In this document: in pieces, positions 27,804-41,800 of the stretch
Layout: every line of letters begins with the position of its first letter
Position numbering within the stretch: position 1 is the stretch's first letter
NCBI GenBank assembly: GCA_043228905.1
Contig: JBHGNT010000011.1
Coordinates: forward strand, 17,360,001 to 17,424,000
Source of the DNA: Azolla caroliniana
Taxonomy: Eukaryota; Plantae; Polypodiophyta
Direction: 5' to 3'
Length of the DNA stretch: 64,000 nucleotides
Notes under the pieces: generated by a model
Database searches by the model: none
What the model was told of the DNA's origin: nothing
The model's input: the letters and a program-made list of their open reading frames with translations, nothing else
Position numbers and translations under genes: made by a program

Positions 27804-30800
27804 TATTAATCGCTGCCCGGGTGCACACCTCAGACTGGGAAGTAGTGTTATATATCGACTGGAATCAGAGAGCAGGCGTAAATGGCGACCGACGATCATG
27901 AAATGATTTAGAAACGCAGGGGCCGATTAGGTAATGTTTAAATCGTCAAAAATTCATGGGAGAGGTTCGTGATAGGAAGAAAGAATGTGATTTAGATTGA
28001 CACGCAAAGCCGAGCTGATCGAGCTGCTATTGATTAATTATTATACGTCTTAAGAATAGCAAGTAATAATATATATGGAATGGTTATGAGATCACAGACA
28101 CAGAGATAGAGAGAGAGACACACACACGCATACACAAAGAAAAGAGAAGAGATATTGATTTGCCTGCAACTAGAGCAAAAGAAGAGGATTAATTAAACAG
28201 ATGAGAATGGGCACCTGCTGAATCTCTGATGAAGGAAACGAATGTATATATATATATATAAGGGTCGTGTGGAAACAGCCCTTCGACCCCCCCCCCCCCT
28301 TCCCTTCCCTTCCATTCCCATCCCATAGGTTTTCTGTGCATTTGCAGAGCGGAAATAAAAATACTATGAGAATTAGAATAATGTGGGGGTGGTTTGAGCA
28401 GGGGAGGGTAATAGCCATAGCCATAGCCATAGCCATAGTCTAGCTCCTATTACCTTCTTTCTTTCTCTTTCTTTCCCTCTCTCCCAAAACCCCTCCTTTT
28501 TATGCAATTGAAAGGGAACAGTAGTAGCAGTTATCAGAGCAGCAGCCAAAAATAAAAAGACTTACAGAAGAAAAATGAGAATGAGAATGAATTGATTAGA
28601 GAGTCCGGATTCGAACCCAAGTCATTACACACACACACACACGAAGAAAAGAACCCTATATATTGACTAAAACAAAACAAAAAACGAAAAATCTTCCACT
28701 CATACTAGTCTTAAGTACACACCAAAATTGGTCACTATTTTTGCCCAATTCAATCTATATAGCCTTTAATGTATTGTCTAACATCAAATACATGTATACA
28801 TGTATCATGTACATATACACACACACACATAGGTAAGTTTGGTGGCTCTTTCTAAGTTTTTGATGTCTTGCTTGTGTGTATCCTTTTGATTTCCTATCTG
28901 ACATGTAATCCACGAAATGGGCGTCATCCTTTATTATTATCTAGGAGCTCCTTAGGGTTCCCTTGGCCTCCCTTGTCGACATCCCTTAAGAAATTGAATC
29001 CGTGGAAAACGACACACCCGTTTGTCGATTACAATACGTAACCCACAATCCCGAAACGTGTCTCGCTAGTGGCCGATGACGTCGTGTAGTATGTCACATG
29101 TGCTTCACCATCTCTCCCCCCATGATATGCATGCATAGCTAGGCTCATATATTATTCTGCACTTGGGAATCCTGTCTGTTTTTTATCGGCCATGTTGTTG
29201 TGGTTGGCGTACTACTGGTCTCATGATAACTGTGTGCTTGCACTAATACTGTTATCCATGTCGTTCTCTATGTAATGAGTCTATGAAGGGCACCCCCCTA
29301 TATTTCGAAACAATTGTCCCCTTTCTAGTTAAAAGACATAAGTTAGCAAACGCCCTTGTGGATTACCATAGGCTTCTTTTTTAGTTAAGGCTAGTAATAC
29401 ACGTCGAAGGCATTATTAATTATGAGCAAGTGTCAATATAAAGCACATGTTGCTAGATTTCATGAAGCCTTGTCCTCGAGTGGGATACTAGTCATTATTT
29501 GTCTATAAGTTTCTTAGTTCTCCCTTTTGAGCCTAGTACCTTTTTCCTTTCATTCAAAAGGCCACTCTTGGTGTGCAAGACGTGTGCACATGCATTCTTA
29601 GAAGTCGGAGATGCGTCCCCTTCATTATCCTGATCAAGTATAATGGATGTTTGCAACCTGTTCATTACAACTAGTCTTAACCACAAGAGTCAAGGAAATT
29701 TAGCATGTGGACTAGTCTGCAACATTAAATTGGGTTCTTGTTAATAAACACTATCTACATGTTTCACAAAAAGCTCACTACTTCACAATGCAAAATGCAA
29801 TCAATATTAAATGTCCACAATTTTGAAACTTGATCAAATAACTTGTCGATAGTCATTATGAACCGTACTGATATTTCGTTTTTATATGCTTTGTGAATCC
29901 TTGTGGTAGAGGACTCATCCTTATAACTATGGATGGTGAGAATAATGTAATTTGTAGGCAAGGTTTTAAATTGGTATTTAAGGTTATGAACTCTAGTATA
30001 ATATGAATCCATGTCACATCATTTTCTCAAATTGCTTGCCACGTCTTTGGAATTACATACAATATGACAAGTTTTTTGCCATGTAAATGAACTATATATA
30101 ATTTATAAAACTTTATGATTGTTTGAGATATTGTGAAATTAATAATGACCTTGGATTTCCATTTAAGTATAGGTCCTAGGCATAGGACAATCCAATGCCA
30201 TCACTTTTCTACTCGATAGATCAATCCTAATCTTGTTTTCCCACCATCCATTGAAAAAGCGGGTTGCCAATAAACGATACTTCACAAATTGCTAACCATG
30301 TTCATTATTTTATAGTTTTAGTTATGGCCCTATGAGTACCGTAATTTGTATGGATAAGCTCCATACATAGATTAATTAAAAGTGACTTGGTGCAGACACT
30401 AAGTTTTATATGACTTTGATGTGCTCTATAGCTAGAGTATTCGACATCACATCTTAGACACCACATTTGGAAGTATGTGGCAAATTATGTAGCACAACGT
30501 TTTTCTTTTGCACAAGATTAAATTCATGGAAACGTAAACCATCAAAAAGCTGCATTTGAATGTTGATATAGATTAATCAAATGACAAAATAGTAAATTAT
30601 CTGATCAATACCTTCATTGTAAAGTTTTTCCAAGTGTTTGGTATCTAGATGTATTTGAAAACACTGAAATGTTTGAAGATGACCCAATGACGATAACCAC
30701 AAGAACATTTAGTTTACGAGACCCTTCAAAATATACAAAACTGGTGTTCCTAAGTGTTTCATAGCATAGGTTATTAAGATATTAGATTTATAGCTCTATG

Positions 30801-32228
30801 AAGTGATATTGAGTTCACAATTTGCAAAAACACAGATAATATGTTGGTGTGCATGGTAGATGGATACTGCCTTTCTAGAACCAACAATAACACTATAAAA
30901 AATTAATCATGCTTTATCATGTGGTTTGCATAATACTGCTTTTCTAGAACCAACAATAACACTATAAAATAAATCATTTTTATCCCGTAGTTCGTAGTAA
31001 CAAATTTGTATTTATTATGATGTTGCTAGGTCAAAATCTAATAGAACACAATCTGTAGGATACATGCACGACATTCCCATTCCAAGACTAGTCATAAAAC
31101 ACCGATTAACGTTTGATACTATATTATGCACAGAAAGGAACATGTAAAGTATTGCGATTTTGGTGCTCATTGTAGATGGACATTATTATGGGCATATAGG
31201 GATGAAGTCTAAAGGTAATTTCAATGGTTTAAGGGTATGATAAGTGGAAACTAGTTTATTCAAGGATCCAAGATAAACCATGAGATCCATGATACATGGG
31301 AACACCATGGGTTGGGAGCATAAGGAGTTGGGCTATGTAAATGGGGATTGCTACTCTCTTAATTACAACATCTTGAGAAGCTTTTGAGACTCTATCGGTG
31401 AGGCAAAGCTCTCTTATTTTGGATATGCTCATCTTTGAGTCAACTTCCAAGGTATAACATAAGGTAATATCTATTGGTGTGGAATGTTGATAGTATTTAC
31501 TTTTCATCTTGCGACGTTTACTTAGGGCTGGTTTGGTGTGGTTAAGCTCCCCTGCACATTACTTTCTTAATCTTACTTAAAATTCATTTGTTGTCATTAA
31601 TATTTGACTCATAACAAACATGCAAAATATTTCGTTTCAGATGTCATCAGTGGGACACTAATTGACATTTGATATTTTGTTAAGGTATTAAAATGATAGA
31701 AGTATGAGGTCATCACAAGCTAGAATATGCACAATGTTGCCTTTCTAACTATAATAATAGAACACCAATTAATGTTCGATACCGTAGTTTGGTAACGTAT
31801 TAAACTCATAGTAGTATGATCTATTGAGCTCAAAATCCACAAAGGGACATGTCGTGTGTTGGTCATGTGCATGGTAGATGGACATGCACAATGTTGTGTT
31901 GCCCATGCTATTAGTAGAACACCAAAATGCTTGATTATAAATTCAATATCCATCATGAATTTTTAATAAAGAGGTTTTGACACAATATTGTTGCATTGGT
32001 TATTGACTATTCAGACAGTTTAATTGCACATGAGACGATGATAATGAACTAGAATACAAAAATGATCTATATAGTACAGGAAAACACATGCTCTTCATGG
32101 AACCCACTATATTTTGGGTAAAGCATGATATTATTCCTAAGATGTTGTGTTGTGCAAACACTTATTGTTAAATAGTTATATCACATAGTGTAGCCTTAGT
32201 ATATAAAAGTAGCAAAATCCCCAATATT

Positions 32229-32854
32229 GTTTTTTTTTTTCCAAAAAAAACTTTTTCCATTAGTTATAAAATTTTACAAATGAGACGATTATATACGAAT
32301 CCCTTTAGGGACACGATAGTTCCATCTTATGTGGATGCCCACAGACTCAAGAAAGGGAGAGGATGACCATTGTTGGATGAAGGCTATTCGTTGTCTTTCA
32401 ACTCCATCGGAGCCGCCCTTAAGGCCATCATATTGGCTCTTCAGAGTGGCTACAATTTCACTCCATATCTCTTGTAGTAACCTTGTTGGATGTGTGGTTT
32501 GGTTGGAGAAGACTCGCCTACATTGTTGTTTCCATAGAATCCAAAGAGTTATTGGGCTGACCAATTCCAACACCTCTTGAGATTTGTCATTAAGAGGAGT
32601 GGAGTGGACATTGCTGCTGGAGGAGAAAAGGACCACTTGTGCTTTTATCACCAAAGTCATCCCCTCCTCCTGATGCTCGTATTTGCCAACTGCGGTCTGC
32701 CATGATAGCCAACATATATTTCCCCACTTGATTCAGCCTTGCACCTGGCATAACTGCAACAAGCGGCCAACCCCCCGCCATATTCGATGGGATGTTGGGC
32801 AATCCCACTGAACGTGTTGTATTGATTCTATTGCATGTGGGCACTCTACACAAT
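32229..32854 (-). mobile_element. 3' end of an L1-like LINE ORF2 (zf-RVT and C-terminus, poly-A tail), truncated by a Gypsy fragment
   Basis: Minus-strand CVECPHAIESIQHVQWDCP zinc knuckle and ITLWILWKQQCRRVFSNQ motif. Plus-strand T-run at ~32229-32240. Confidence 0.75.
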
Positions 32855-34855
32855 GGCCAACCGGATCCGGAAGAAAGCATACCGATTCTTTCTCCGGGAC
32901 GGATACTTATGGAAGCACCCGAAGAAGAGAAACGGCATCCCGCTCCGAGTGGTGGCGATGGAGGAGGAATAGAAGGAGTTGCTGAAGGCCTACCACGACA
33001 ACCCCTGGGCTGGACACCGTGGGACGTGGGCCACGTTCGAGAAACTGAAGGGGAAGTACTGGTGGCTGGGACTGTACCGGGACGTGCATCGGTTCGTGAC
33101 AACTTGTGAGAGCTGTCAGATACACTCCATAGTCCGACATCGGGACGAGCTTCACCCTACATACCCTCCGGCCATCCACTTCAAATGGATGGTAGATTTG
33201 GTGACGATGCCGATGGGCGTAGGGCAGATGCGATATCTAGTGCTGGCCCGGGAGGACCTGACGAACCAGGTGGAAGGCCGAGCCCTGCAGAACAAAACGA
33301 CCGCGGCCGTGTGTCAGTTCCTGATCGAGGACGTGATATGCCGGTACGGGTGCGTCGTGAAGATTGTGGCTGACCGCGGGGAGTTGGACGCCGAAGAGGC
33401 TGAGGAACTGTTCGACCGGTTAGGGGTCAAGCTCTCGCTCACCACAACGTACAATCCGGAGGCGAACGGGAAGGTGGAGCGCGGACACGGACCGATCGTC
33501 AAAGCGCTAGTCCGGGCGTGCGAAGGCCAGGTCGGGAACTGGCCACGACTGTTACCCTATGCCTTGTGGGCGGACCGGACAACGCACAGTTCGGTAACCG
33601 GGTTCATGCCGTCAGGGCTCATGTTCGGACAGAAGCCGATCATGCCAATGGAACAGATGATCTCCTCTTGGGCGACAGTGGACTGGAGAGACGAGATGAG
33701 CCAAGAAGAACTGCTAGCGGCGCGTATACGGAAGCTCGAGCGGAGGCCAGAGGACGTGGAACGAGCGGCGGAGAGACTTCGGGCGATAAGGATGAGGAAC
33801 AAAGCCCGGTTCGACCGAATGCACCGGCTCCGACCAAAAAAAATCGAGGAAGGCAACTGGGTGCTAGTCTACGATAACAGCCTCGACAACCAACACCGAG
33901 CAACGCGGAAGTTTGCAAAGCGGTGGTTCGGGCCTTACGTGGTAACGAGCGCCAACGACAACGGGACGTATCACTTGGCGGAACTCGACGGTACGGGGAT
34001 GGCGATACCGGTGGCGGGAAAGCGGATCAAAGCGTTCAAGAAGCGCCACGATGGCGAACCGGATCTAAGAGGCTTGGACAACGACGAAGAACAGTCCGAG
34101 ACGGAGGACGAACCGATGGACGAGGAACCGGAACCCGGACCGGTTTTCTCCAACCAAAACTGAATTTTGGTGCATACCAGTGGATGCGCGGTTAGGTGGG
34201 GGCGGATGTCGTGAAGAAAACCGTCCCCTAGAGCAATCGGTGCATAGCGCGCGTGAACCGGCTCTTCATGCGTGCGCGCCCCCTAATGTATATAATAGGG
34301 AATTAGGTACATAGGTATACCTTGGGTAGTTAGATTCGTTAGGTAGGAAGTTAATGAGGGAGACGAATCCCTTCTTGAAGCTATAAAGGAGAGGGAGACG
34401 CAGGGAGAAGGGGGGGGCATTAAGGAGGACGAAGTGCTGTTGAACCGTAACTGAACGCTTCTCCTCTGTTCGTTCTCCATCGCTCTTCTCTGCAGGTTTT
34501 CGGGAGGCTCGTGCTGCTTCGAGGAACACCCGTGTGCTTCCGGCAGCACCTCCATCCTATCTCCTTTCGTGCGCAGACGAACAAGCATCGACATCTGTTC
34601 GCCGGCCGGTTCGGTTGTAGCCGCTCGCGTGCTCTGTTGTTTATTTTGTTATTCGTTAATATACCAACATTCGTGTCTCTCTGTCTCTGTGTCCATTCGT
34701 GTCTTCTGCGTTGACGGGCCGTGCCCCTGTGTTCCTTTGCTCATACGCAACCGAGCGTCTCTCTCTTTCTCTTTCCCCTTCTATCACCTGCTCTTCGGTT
34801 CAAGACCCCGGTGGTCCCGCCTCGTTTCTCCATGCACACGCGTAGTAACGCGACA
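32855..34855 (+). mobile_element. 5'-truncated Ty3/Gypsy LTR retrotransposon: integrase, PPT and 3' LTR (34207-34855)
   Basis: Integrase ORF 32979-34163 (H-H-C-C zinc finger, VDLV...ADRGE...NGKVER core, WFGPY motif, no chromodomain). PPT TTAGGTGGGGGCGGA. LTR TGTCG...CGACA followed by ACGT. Confidence 0.92.
32979..34163 (+). CDS. Gypsy integrase (open frame, N-terminally truncated pol)
   Basis: 394-aa ORF closely similar to the integrase part of 39497-41269. Confidence 0.85.
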   Translation: MLKAYHDNPWAGHRGTWATFEKLKGKYWWLGLYRDVHRFVTTCESCQIHSIVRHRDELHPTYPPAIHFKWMVDLVTMPMGVGQMRYLVLAREDLTNQVEGRALQNKTTAAVCQFLIEDVICRYGCVVKIVADRGELDAEEAEELFDRLGVKLSLTTTYNPEANGKVERGHGPIVKALVRACEGQVGNWPRLLPYALWADRTTHSSVTGFMPSGLMFGQKPIMPMEQMISSWATVDWRDEMSQEELLAARIRKLERRPEDVERAAERLRAIRMRNKARFDRMHRLRPKKIEEGNWVLVYDNSLDNQHRATRKFAKRWFGPYVVTSANDNGTYHLAELDGTGMAIPVAGKRIKAFKKRHDGEPDLRGLDNDEEQSETEDEPMDEEPEPGPVFSNQN

Positions 34856-35496
34856 ACGTTGTCCCCTTTCACATTGGGATGGTCATTCCCACCCTTTTGA
34901 CTAGTCTTGCACTTAGTTTAATGCCATGGCTAGTGCCGATGTTGGGATGGGTATTTTTTCCGAAGTAGAGACAACGAGATAATGCTTGAGAACATGACAT
35001 ATTGAGGATGTTAAGTGTTGAATGGTGCCAAAGTCAACTCTTGCACCGTGGATGCTTGGTTTTTGCTCCTTTTGAATAATGTAGTACAATGTATTAGGGA
35101 AATAATGATGAGGAATTCTCCAAATGTGATATATGCCTAGACAAATCATATTTGGTCCATGGTCTTGAAATTGTGTTGGTAGGAAGATGTGAGCACAATA
35201 ACTTGGGGTTCATGGATAGTCATTTGTCGCTTATTGGGGCCTTTACTTAGGTTGAAAGAGAGGGTCTGACTTAGGATGGTCACACATATGAAACTGATGG
35301 TCTTCAAAAATGTTCTTCAAGAGTAAGATGTAGAGGAGCATATAAATATAGGTGATGGATTAGGTGTTAGGGTCATGTATGTCAAGGTCATGTATGAAGT
35401 TGTTCATGACCTTTAAACATGCAATTTTTGATAAGTTTTTTTGGGTAAGGCTTGCAAACCATGGCGAATTAAAGCTTAACAATGATTACATGACAA

Positions 35497-35821
35497 TGTT
35501 AGGATCTCGGTCCCTCCGGATGGGATACGAAGGCCCAACAACGGAAGACCCGGTGAGAACCGGATGTGGAGTATCCGGCAAGGAAGACCCGGTGAGAACC
35601 GGATGACGAGTACCCGGCAAGGAAGACCCGGTGAGAACCGGATGTTCTAGGCCCGGTGAGAACCTCTCATCGAATGGAAGGGACATATATGTAAATATGT
35701 TCTAGAGAGCCAGCTAGGGCTATATTTGTAAATAGCCCGAAAGTCATATTAGTATAAATATGACCTAGGGCAAACTTAGAAGACTATATATAGAGTTATT
35801 GGTGTAACTCCTGTACAGTGC

Positions 35822-35893
<72 letters not shown>

Positions 35894-38800
35894 TATACAG
35901 AGATTGTGTCTCTGCTGTAACCGCTGCCAGGCGAAGATTAAGAGAAAGAGGTCGTTGCCTCTGTGCTCTCTATTGTATTTTTGACATAGTGATAGTTTGG
36001 AGTCTGTGGGCTCCCGTGGTTTTTCCCTCTCGGGGTTTTCCACGTTAACATCCTGTGCATTCTCTTTTTCTGTTTGTGTAATTACCTCCATTCCCATTTC
36101 TTCTGTGTTTGATTGTCATCAAGTGATCTAAGCTTCGGTTGTGGCTGAAGATTATTCCGCTCATTTCTCGTCAAACTGGTATCACAGCGAAACGACACAG
36201 AAAAATGGACGATTCGTTGGGAGGCATGTTCAAGCTCACCAGCTCCAACTACTCAGTGTGGAAGTCGAAGATGAGGGACATGCTCGTGGTCAAAGATCTT
36301 TGGTTGCCGGTTCAGTTCGGGGACAAGAGACCAGACAAAATCGACGCCACGATATGGGAGGTGATGCACATGAAGACAACGACGTACATATGGTGCTTCA
36401 TCGACATGATTCTATACAACAACTTCAATGGAGAGAGCAAGGCTCATGAGCTCTGGGAGAAGATCGACATTATGTTTCAAAACAAAAATGCTGTTAATCA
36501 GGTTTTGGTATTTCGAAAGCTAGTAAGGCTCCGGTACCAAGATGGCTCCAGCATGGCGGAGCACATGAATGCCTTCTAGGGGCTGATCCACTAGGCAACA
36601 TCATTGGAAGTACCTCTCGCCGATGAGGTACTAGCACTGCTACTGCTTGGATCCCTCCCAGATAGCTGGGAGACGTTGGTTGTCACTTTGGGCAACGCCG
36701 GGCCGGAAGGGAAACGGTTATCCCTAGCAAGAGTGAAGTCGAGTTTGCTAGATGAGGAGGCGCGTCGGAAAGACAAGGATACGAGCTCCGACTCCAAAGC
36801 GCTCCTTACCGAATTGAAACGAGGAAGACAAAGGAATCGTAGTCCCCAGAACCGGGAAAAGTCGGGGACACGGTCAAAGTCAAGGGGGAGGCCTACTTGC
36901 TTCTATTGCGGCAAGCCAGGACACTTCCAGAAGAACTGTCGGCACTTCCGAAAAGACAAGGAAATTGACGGTACCGATTCGAAGCAGACACCAGACCGGA
37001 ACGGTAAAGACCGGACCGGAAGGGAACGATGGCAATCACGACAAGTGAAGAAGAGTTGATGGTCATCACCGAGGAGAGTGAGTTGAACCTTGCCGGTGAC
37101 GAGACAACGTGGGTTGTCGATTCCGGCGCATAATTCCACCTTACCCCGAACCGGAAATGCTTCTCATCCTACACAACCGGTGATCACGGCTGTGTCCGGA
37201 TGGGGAATGAAGTTACATGCCCAATTGTCGGCATAGGAGACGTGTGGTTGACAACACCAACTGGATGCAAGCTACTGCTAAAGGATGTTCGACACGTTCC
37301 AGAGGTTCGACTGAACCTGATATCAACCGGTCGGCTAGATGATGAAGGCTACACGGGTAGCATCCGGAACAGAGTCATGAAATTCAGCAAAGGGAGCCTG
37401 ATAGTGGCTCGGGCCTGGAAGGTCAACACGCTGTACCTGATGAATGCCCGGTTATGCCCGGAAGAAGTGAATGTGGCTTCCGACACTGCCGATGAGTTGT
37501 GGCACAAGAGACTGTGTCACATGAGCGTGAAGGGGATGAAGAGGCTTGCCGATGACAACCTCATTCCGGTGAAGAACGTGCATCTTGAGAGGTGCACCGA
37601 CTGCCTAGCCGGTAAACAAAACCGGACCTCCTTCAGATCAAGGCCACTGATGAGACATAATGCACCATTGGAGTTGGTGCATACCGATGTGTGTCAAGTG
37701 GACACGAAGTCCCATGCCGGAGCACAGTACTTCGTGACGTTCATAGATGACCACAACAAGAGGCTGTGGGCGACACCGTTGAAGACGAAGGATCAGGTGT
37801 TATCCGTCTTCAAGGAGCTCCACGCAAGAGTGGAAAGAAAAACCGGACGGAAGCTGAAGGCGGTTCGAGGAGATAACGGAGGAGAATACCGAGGGTAGTT
37901 CGAGGAGTACTGCCGCTCGAAGGGAATCCGGCTCGAATTTACCGTGTCGAAGACGCCGGAACTAAACGGGCTAGCCAAGAGGATGAACCGGACCATAATG
38001 GAGAGGGTCTGGAGTATATGCTAGCACATGCTAAACTACCCAAGACGTTGTTGTGAAGAAAACCGTCCCCAGGCGCAAACCGTGTATAGCGTGTGTGAAC
38101 CGGCCCTTACACGTGGGCACGCCCCTTGTTGTATAGTAGATAGGTAGGCACAAAAGTCAAATCCTAGGTAGCAATATTCTATAGGGAGAATCGAGGAGTA
38201 TCTCTGTCCGAAAGGACAGAGAATTAATGTGATGTAAACGGGTGAAAACGGTCTCCCTCCTTGAGCTATAAAAGAGAGGGAGACGGGGAGAGAAGGTATC
38301 ACGCGCTAGAGGGGACGAAGTGCTGTCGGACTGGGACCGAGCTCTTCTCCTCTATCGTTCTCTATAGCTTTCTTTGCGCAGGTTCTCGAGAGGCTGATTT
38401 TGCTCCGTGGAACACCCATGTGCTTCCGGCAGAATCTCCATCTTGCTCCCCTGTGTGCGTGGGTGATCAGGCGTCGGCACCCGTCTCGCCGACCTGATCG
38501 GCTGTAACCGTTCGAGTCATCTGCATACATATATTTATACACGCGTTCTTATACTCTATCTCCTGCCCAACTGGTGTCTCTTGTGTTGATTGGGCTGTGC
38601 TCCCGCGCGCTTCTTTGTCTATCCATGTGTGAGCGTGTCTCTCTCTTTCCCTTTTCTCACCTATTCCTCGGTCCAAGACCCCTGTGGTCCCGCCTTGTTC
38701 TCCACGCACGCTTTATTCAAGGCCTTCACCGAAAGGTTGATTTACTCGGTCGGTGATCTCTACTCGGGGTACGATCAGTTCCAACTAGCCATAGAGAGCA

Positions 38801-41800
38801 GAGACATCACGACAATGCGAACTCCTCTCGGCCTAGTACGGATGTGTACCCTACCGCAAGGAGGGACGAACTCGGTGGCTCACATGGTGAACGCAATGAA
38901 CAAGGTGTTGAGGGATTGTATTCCGAACATCACCATGCCGTTTTTGGACGACGACCCGATCAAGGGATGCCCGGTGGAGGAAAGGGACGAGACGATCGGA
39001 CCGGACGGGTGCTGGAAATTCGTAGCAACGCACATCGATGACTGCGAAAGGGTGCTGCAGAGGTTAGAGGGCGCGAGGCTCACCTTCTCCGGGGAAAAAT
39101 CGGCCTTCGGGCAATCAGAGATCATGGTCTTCGGGCACCTATGCGGGCCGTACGACCGGAAACCGTCTCCGGCTAAGGTAGAAGCCATCTCCGCGATGAA
39201 GCCCGACTGTAGCTCGATCACGGAGGTTCGGAGGTTCTTGGGAGCATGCGCGTTCTACCACATATGGATCCCGCATTACGCCCATGTCGCGGAGCCGTTA
39301 TACGGGTTGCTGAGAAAGGGGTGAAAATTCGAGTGGAGAGACGAGCATACGGAGTCTGTCCAGAAGATGAAGGAAGCACTTGCCGCGGCTCCGGCGCTCC
39401 GAAAGGCTGTCTACGGAAAGAGCACTCCAATTTACGTAACGGTAGACACGAGTCCGACCGGGATCGGATGGGTCGTCAACCAAGAGGACGAACGACATGC
39501 GTTTCCCGATCCGGTTCGGCGCGAAGGTCCTCAGCGAGCGACAACGAGGATACGCCCAGGTTAAACGCGAGCTCAGGGGTATCGTTTCGGCGGTAAAGGC
39601 CGATAAAGACTACCTGATCGGGATAGAGGTAATTATCGAGACGGACTGCCTGCCAATTCTTGGCATGGTTTCCGGATGCGCGACGCCAGACCTGGCAATG
39701 CTCAGGTGGATAGCGTACATCAAGTCCCTGAATCCGGAAATACGGCACATTTCCGGGAAAGACAATGCCATGGCCGACATGCTTTCAAGGGCGAGGTTCG
39801 AAAACGAGGGCGGCATGGTTTCGGAGGACGAGGAAGTCGGCGTGGACTTCTTCGAGGTGGCTCACGTAACAACCGGCAGGAAATGCACTCCAACGCTTAA
39901 CGATTTCGACGAGAGCAAGTACAACGGGGAGTGGCTGCAGATCGGCGGGTTCCTAAAAACAATGACACCGGATGCGGCATGGACAACGGATGAGGCCAAC
40001 CGGATTCGGAAGAAAGCCTACCGATTCTTTCTCCGGGACGGGTACATATGGAAGCACCCGAAGAAGAGGAACGACATCCCGCTCCGAGTGGTGGTGAAGA
40101 AGGAGGAACAAGAGGATTTCCTAGCGGCGTACCATGATAGTCCTTGGGCTAGACACCGTGGAACGTGGGCCACGTTTGAAAAGCTAAAGGGGAAGTACTG
40201 GTGGCCGGGACTATACCGGGATGTGCATCGGTTCGTGACGACTTGCGAAAGCTGTCAGGTGCACTCCATGATCCGACACCGGGACGAGCTTCACCTGACC
40301 TACCCTCCGACCGTCCACTTCAAGTGGATGGTGGATTTGGTGACGATGCCAATGGGGATAGGGCAGATGCGGTATCTGTTGCTGGCTCGAGAGGATCTAA
40401 CGAACCAGGTTGAAGGCCGAGCCCTGCAGAACAAGACGACTGTAGCCGTGTGCCGGTTTTTGATTGAGGACGTGGTATGTCGATACGGGTGCGTAAGGAA
40501 GATCGTGGCTGACCGTGGTGAGTTGGACGCAGAAGAGGCCGAAGAGCTGTTCGACCGGCTAGGAGTAAAACTTTCGCTCACCACAACGTACAATCCGGAG
40601 GCGAATGGGAAGGTAGAGCGCGGACACGGGCCGATTGTCAAAGCGCTAGTACGGGCGTGCGGAGGCCAAGTCGAGAACTGGCCAAGGCTGCTACCATATG
40701 CCTTGTGGGCGGACCGGACTACGCACAGTTCGGTGACCGGGTTCATGCTGGCAAAGCTTATGTTCGGACAGAAGCCGATCATGCCAACAGAGTGAACGAT
40801 CTCCTCGTGGGCCACGGTGGACTGGAGGGATGAGATGAGCCGGGAGGAACTGTTGGCGGCGCGGATTCGACAGCTCGAGCGGAGGCTGGAGGACGTAGAG
40901 CGAGCCGCGGAGAAACTTCGGGTAGCGAGGATAAGGAACAAAGCCCGGTTTGACCGAACACACCGGCTCCGGCCAAGGAAGATCGAGGAAGGCGACTGGG
41001 TGCTAGTCTATGATAGCAGCCTCGACAATCAGCACAGGGCCACGCAGAAGTTTGCGAGGAGGTGGTTCAGGCCTTACCTAGTAACATGCGCCAACGACAA
41101 TGGGACGTACCATCTTGCGGAGCTCGACGGTACGAGAATGGCGATACTGGTAGCGGGGAAGAGGATCAAAGCGTTCAAGAAACGACACGACGGTGAGCCG
41201 GAGCTAGGGGGCATGGACAACAACGACGAGCAGCCCGAGGCGGAGGACGAACCGGTGAACGAGGAATAAAAGCAAGGACCAGTTTTCTCCAGTAGGAACC
41301 CGATTTTGGCGCATACCGGTGGATGCGCGGTTAGGTGGGGGCAGATGTTGTGAAGAAAACCGTCCCCAGGCGCAAACCGTGTATAGCGTGTGTGAACCGG
41401 CCCTTACACGTGGGCACGCCCCTTGTTGTATAGTAGATAGGTAGGCACAAAAGTCAAATCCTAGGTAGCAATATTCTATAGGGAGAATCGAGGAGTATCT
41501 CTGTCTGAAAGGACAGAGAATTAATGTGATGTAAACGGGTGAAAACGGTCTCCCTCCTTGAGCTATAAAAGAGAGGGAGACGGGGAGAGAAGGTATCGCG
41601 CGCTAGAGGGGACGAAGTGCTGTCGGACTGGGACCGAGCTCTTCTCCTATGTCGTTCTCTATAGCTTTCTTTGCGCAGGTTCTCAAGAGGCTGATTCTGC
41701 TCCATGGAACGCCCGTGTGCTTCCGGCAGAATCTCCATCTTGCTCCCCTGTGTGCGTGGGTGATCAGGCGTCGGCACCCGTCTCGCCGACCTGATCAGCT

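Noticed and set aside
28600-28625. tRNA T-arm/B-box-like GGTTCGAATCC on the minus strand
   Set aside because: No acceptor, D or anticodon stems in the flanks, so not called as a tRNA.
30860-30970. Short local duplications (also ~18220-18385 and 63640-63689)
   Set aside because: Ordinary small tandem duplications in non-coding or decayed TE DNA, with no further structure.
35540-35660. Regularly spaced short repeats that look superficially like a CRISPR array
   Set aside because: They lie within a Copia LTR, the spacers are similar to each other, the context is eukaryotic and there are no cas genes.
40300-40941. Long antisense or overlapping ORFs in Gypsy/Copia regions (e.g. 213 aa here, 208 aa at 56457)
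   Set aside because: Shadow frames of GC-rich pol sequence with no independent motifs.
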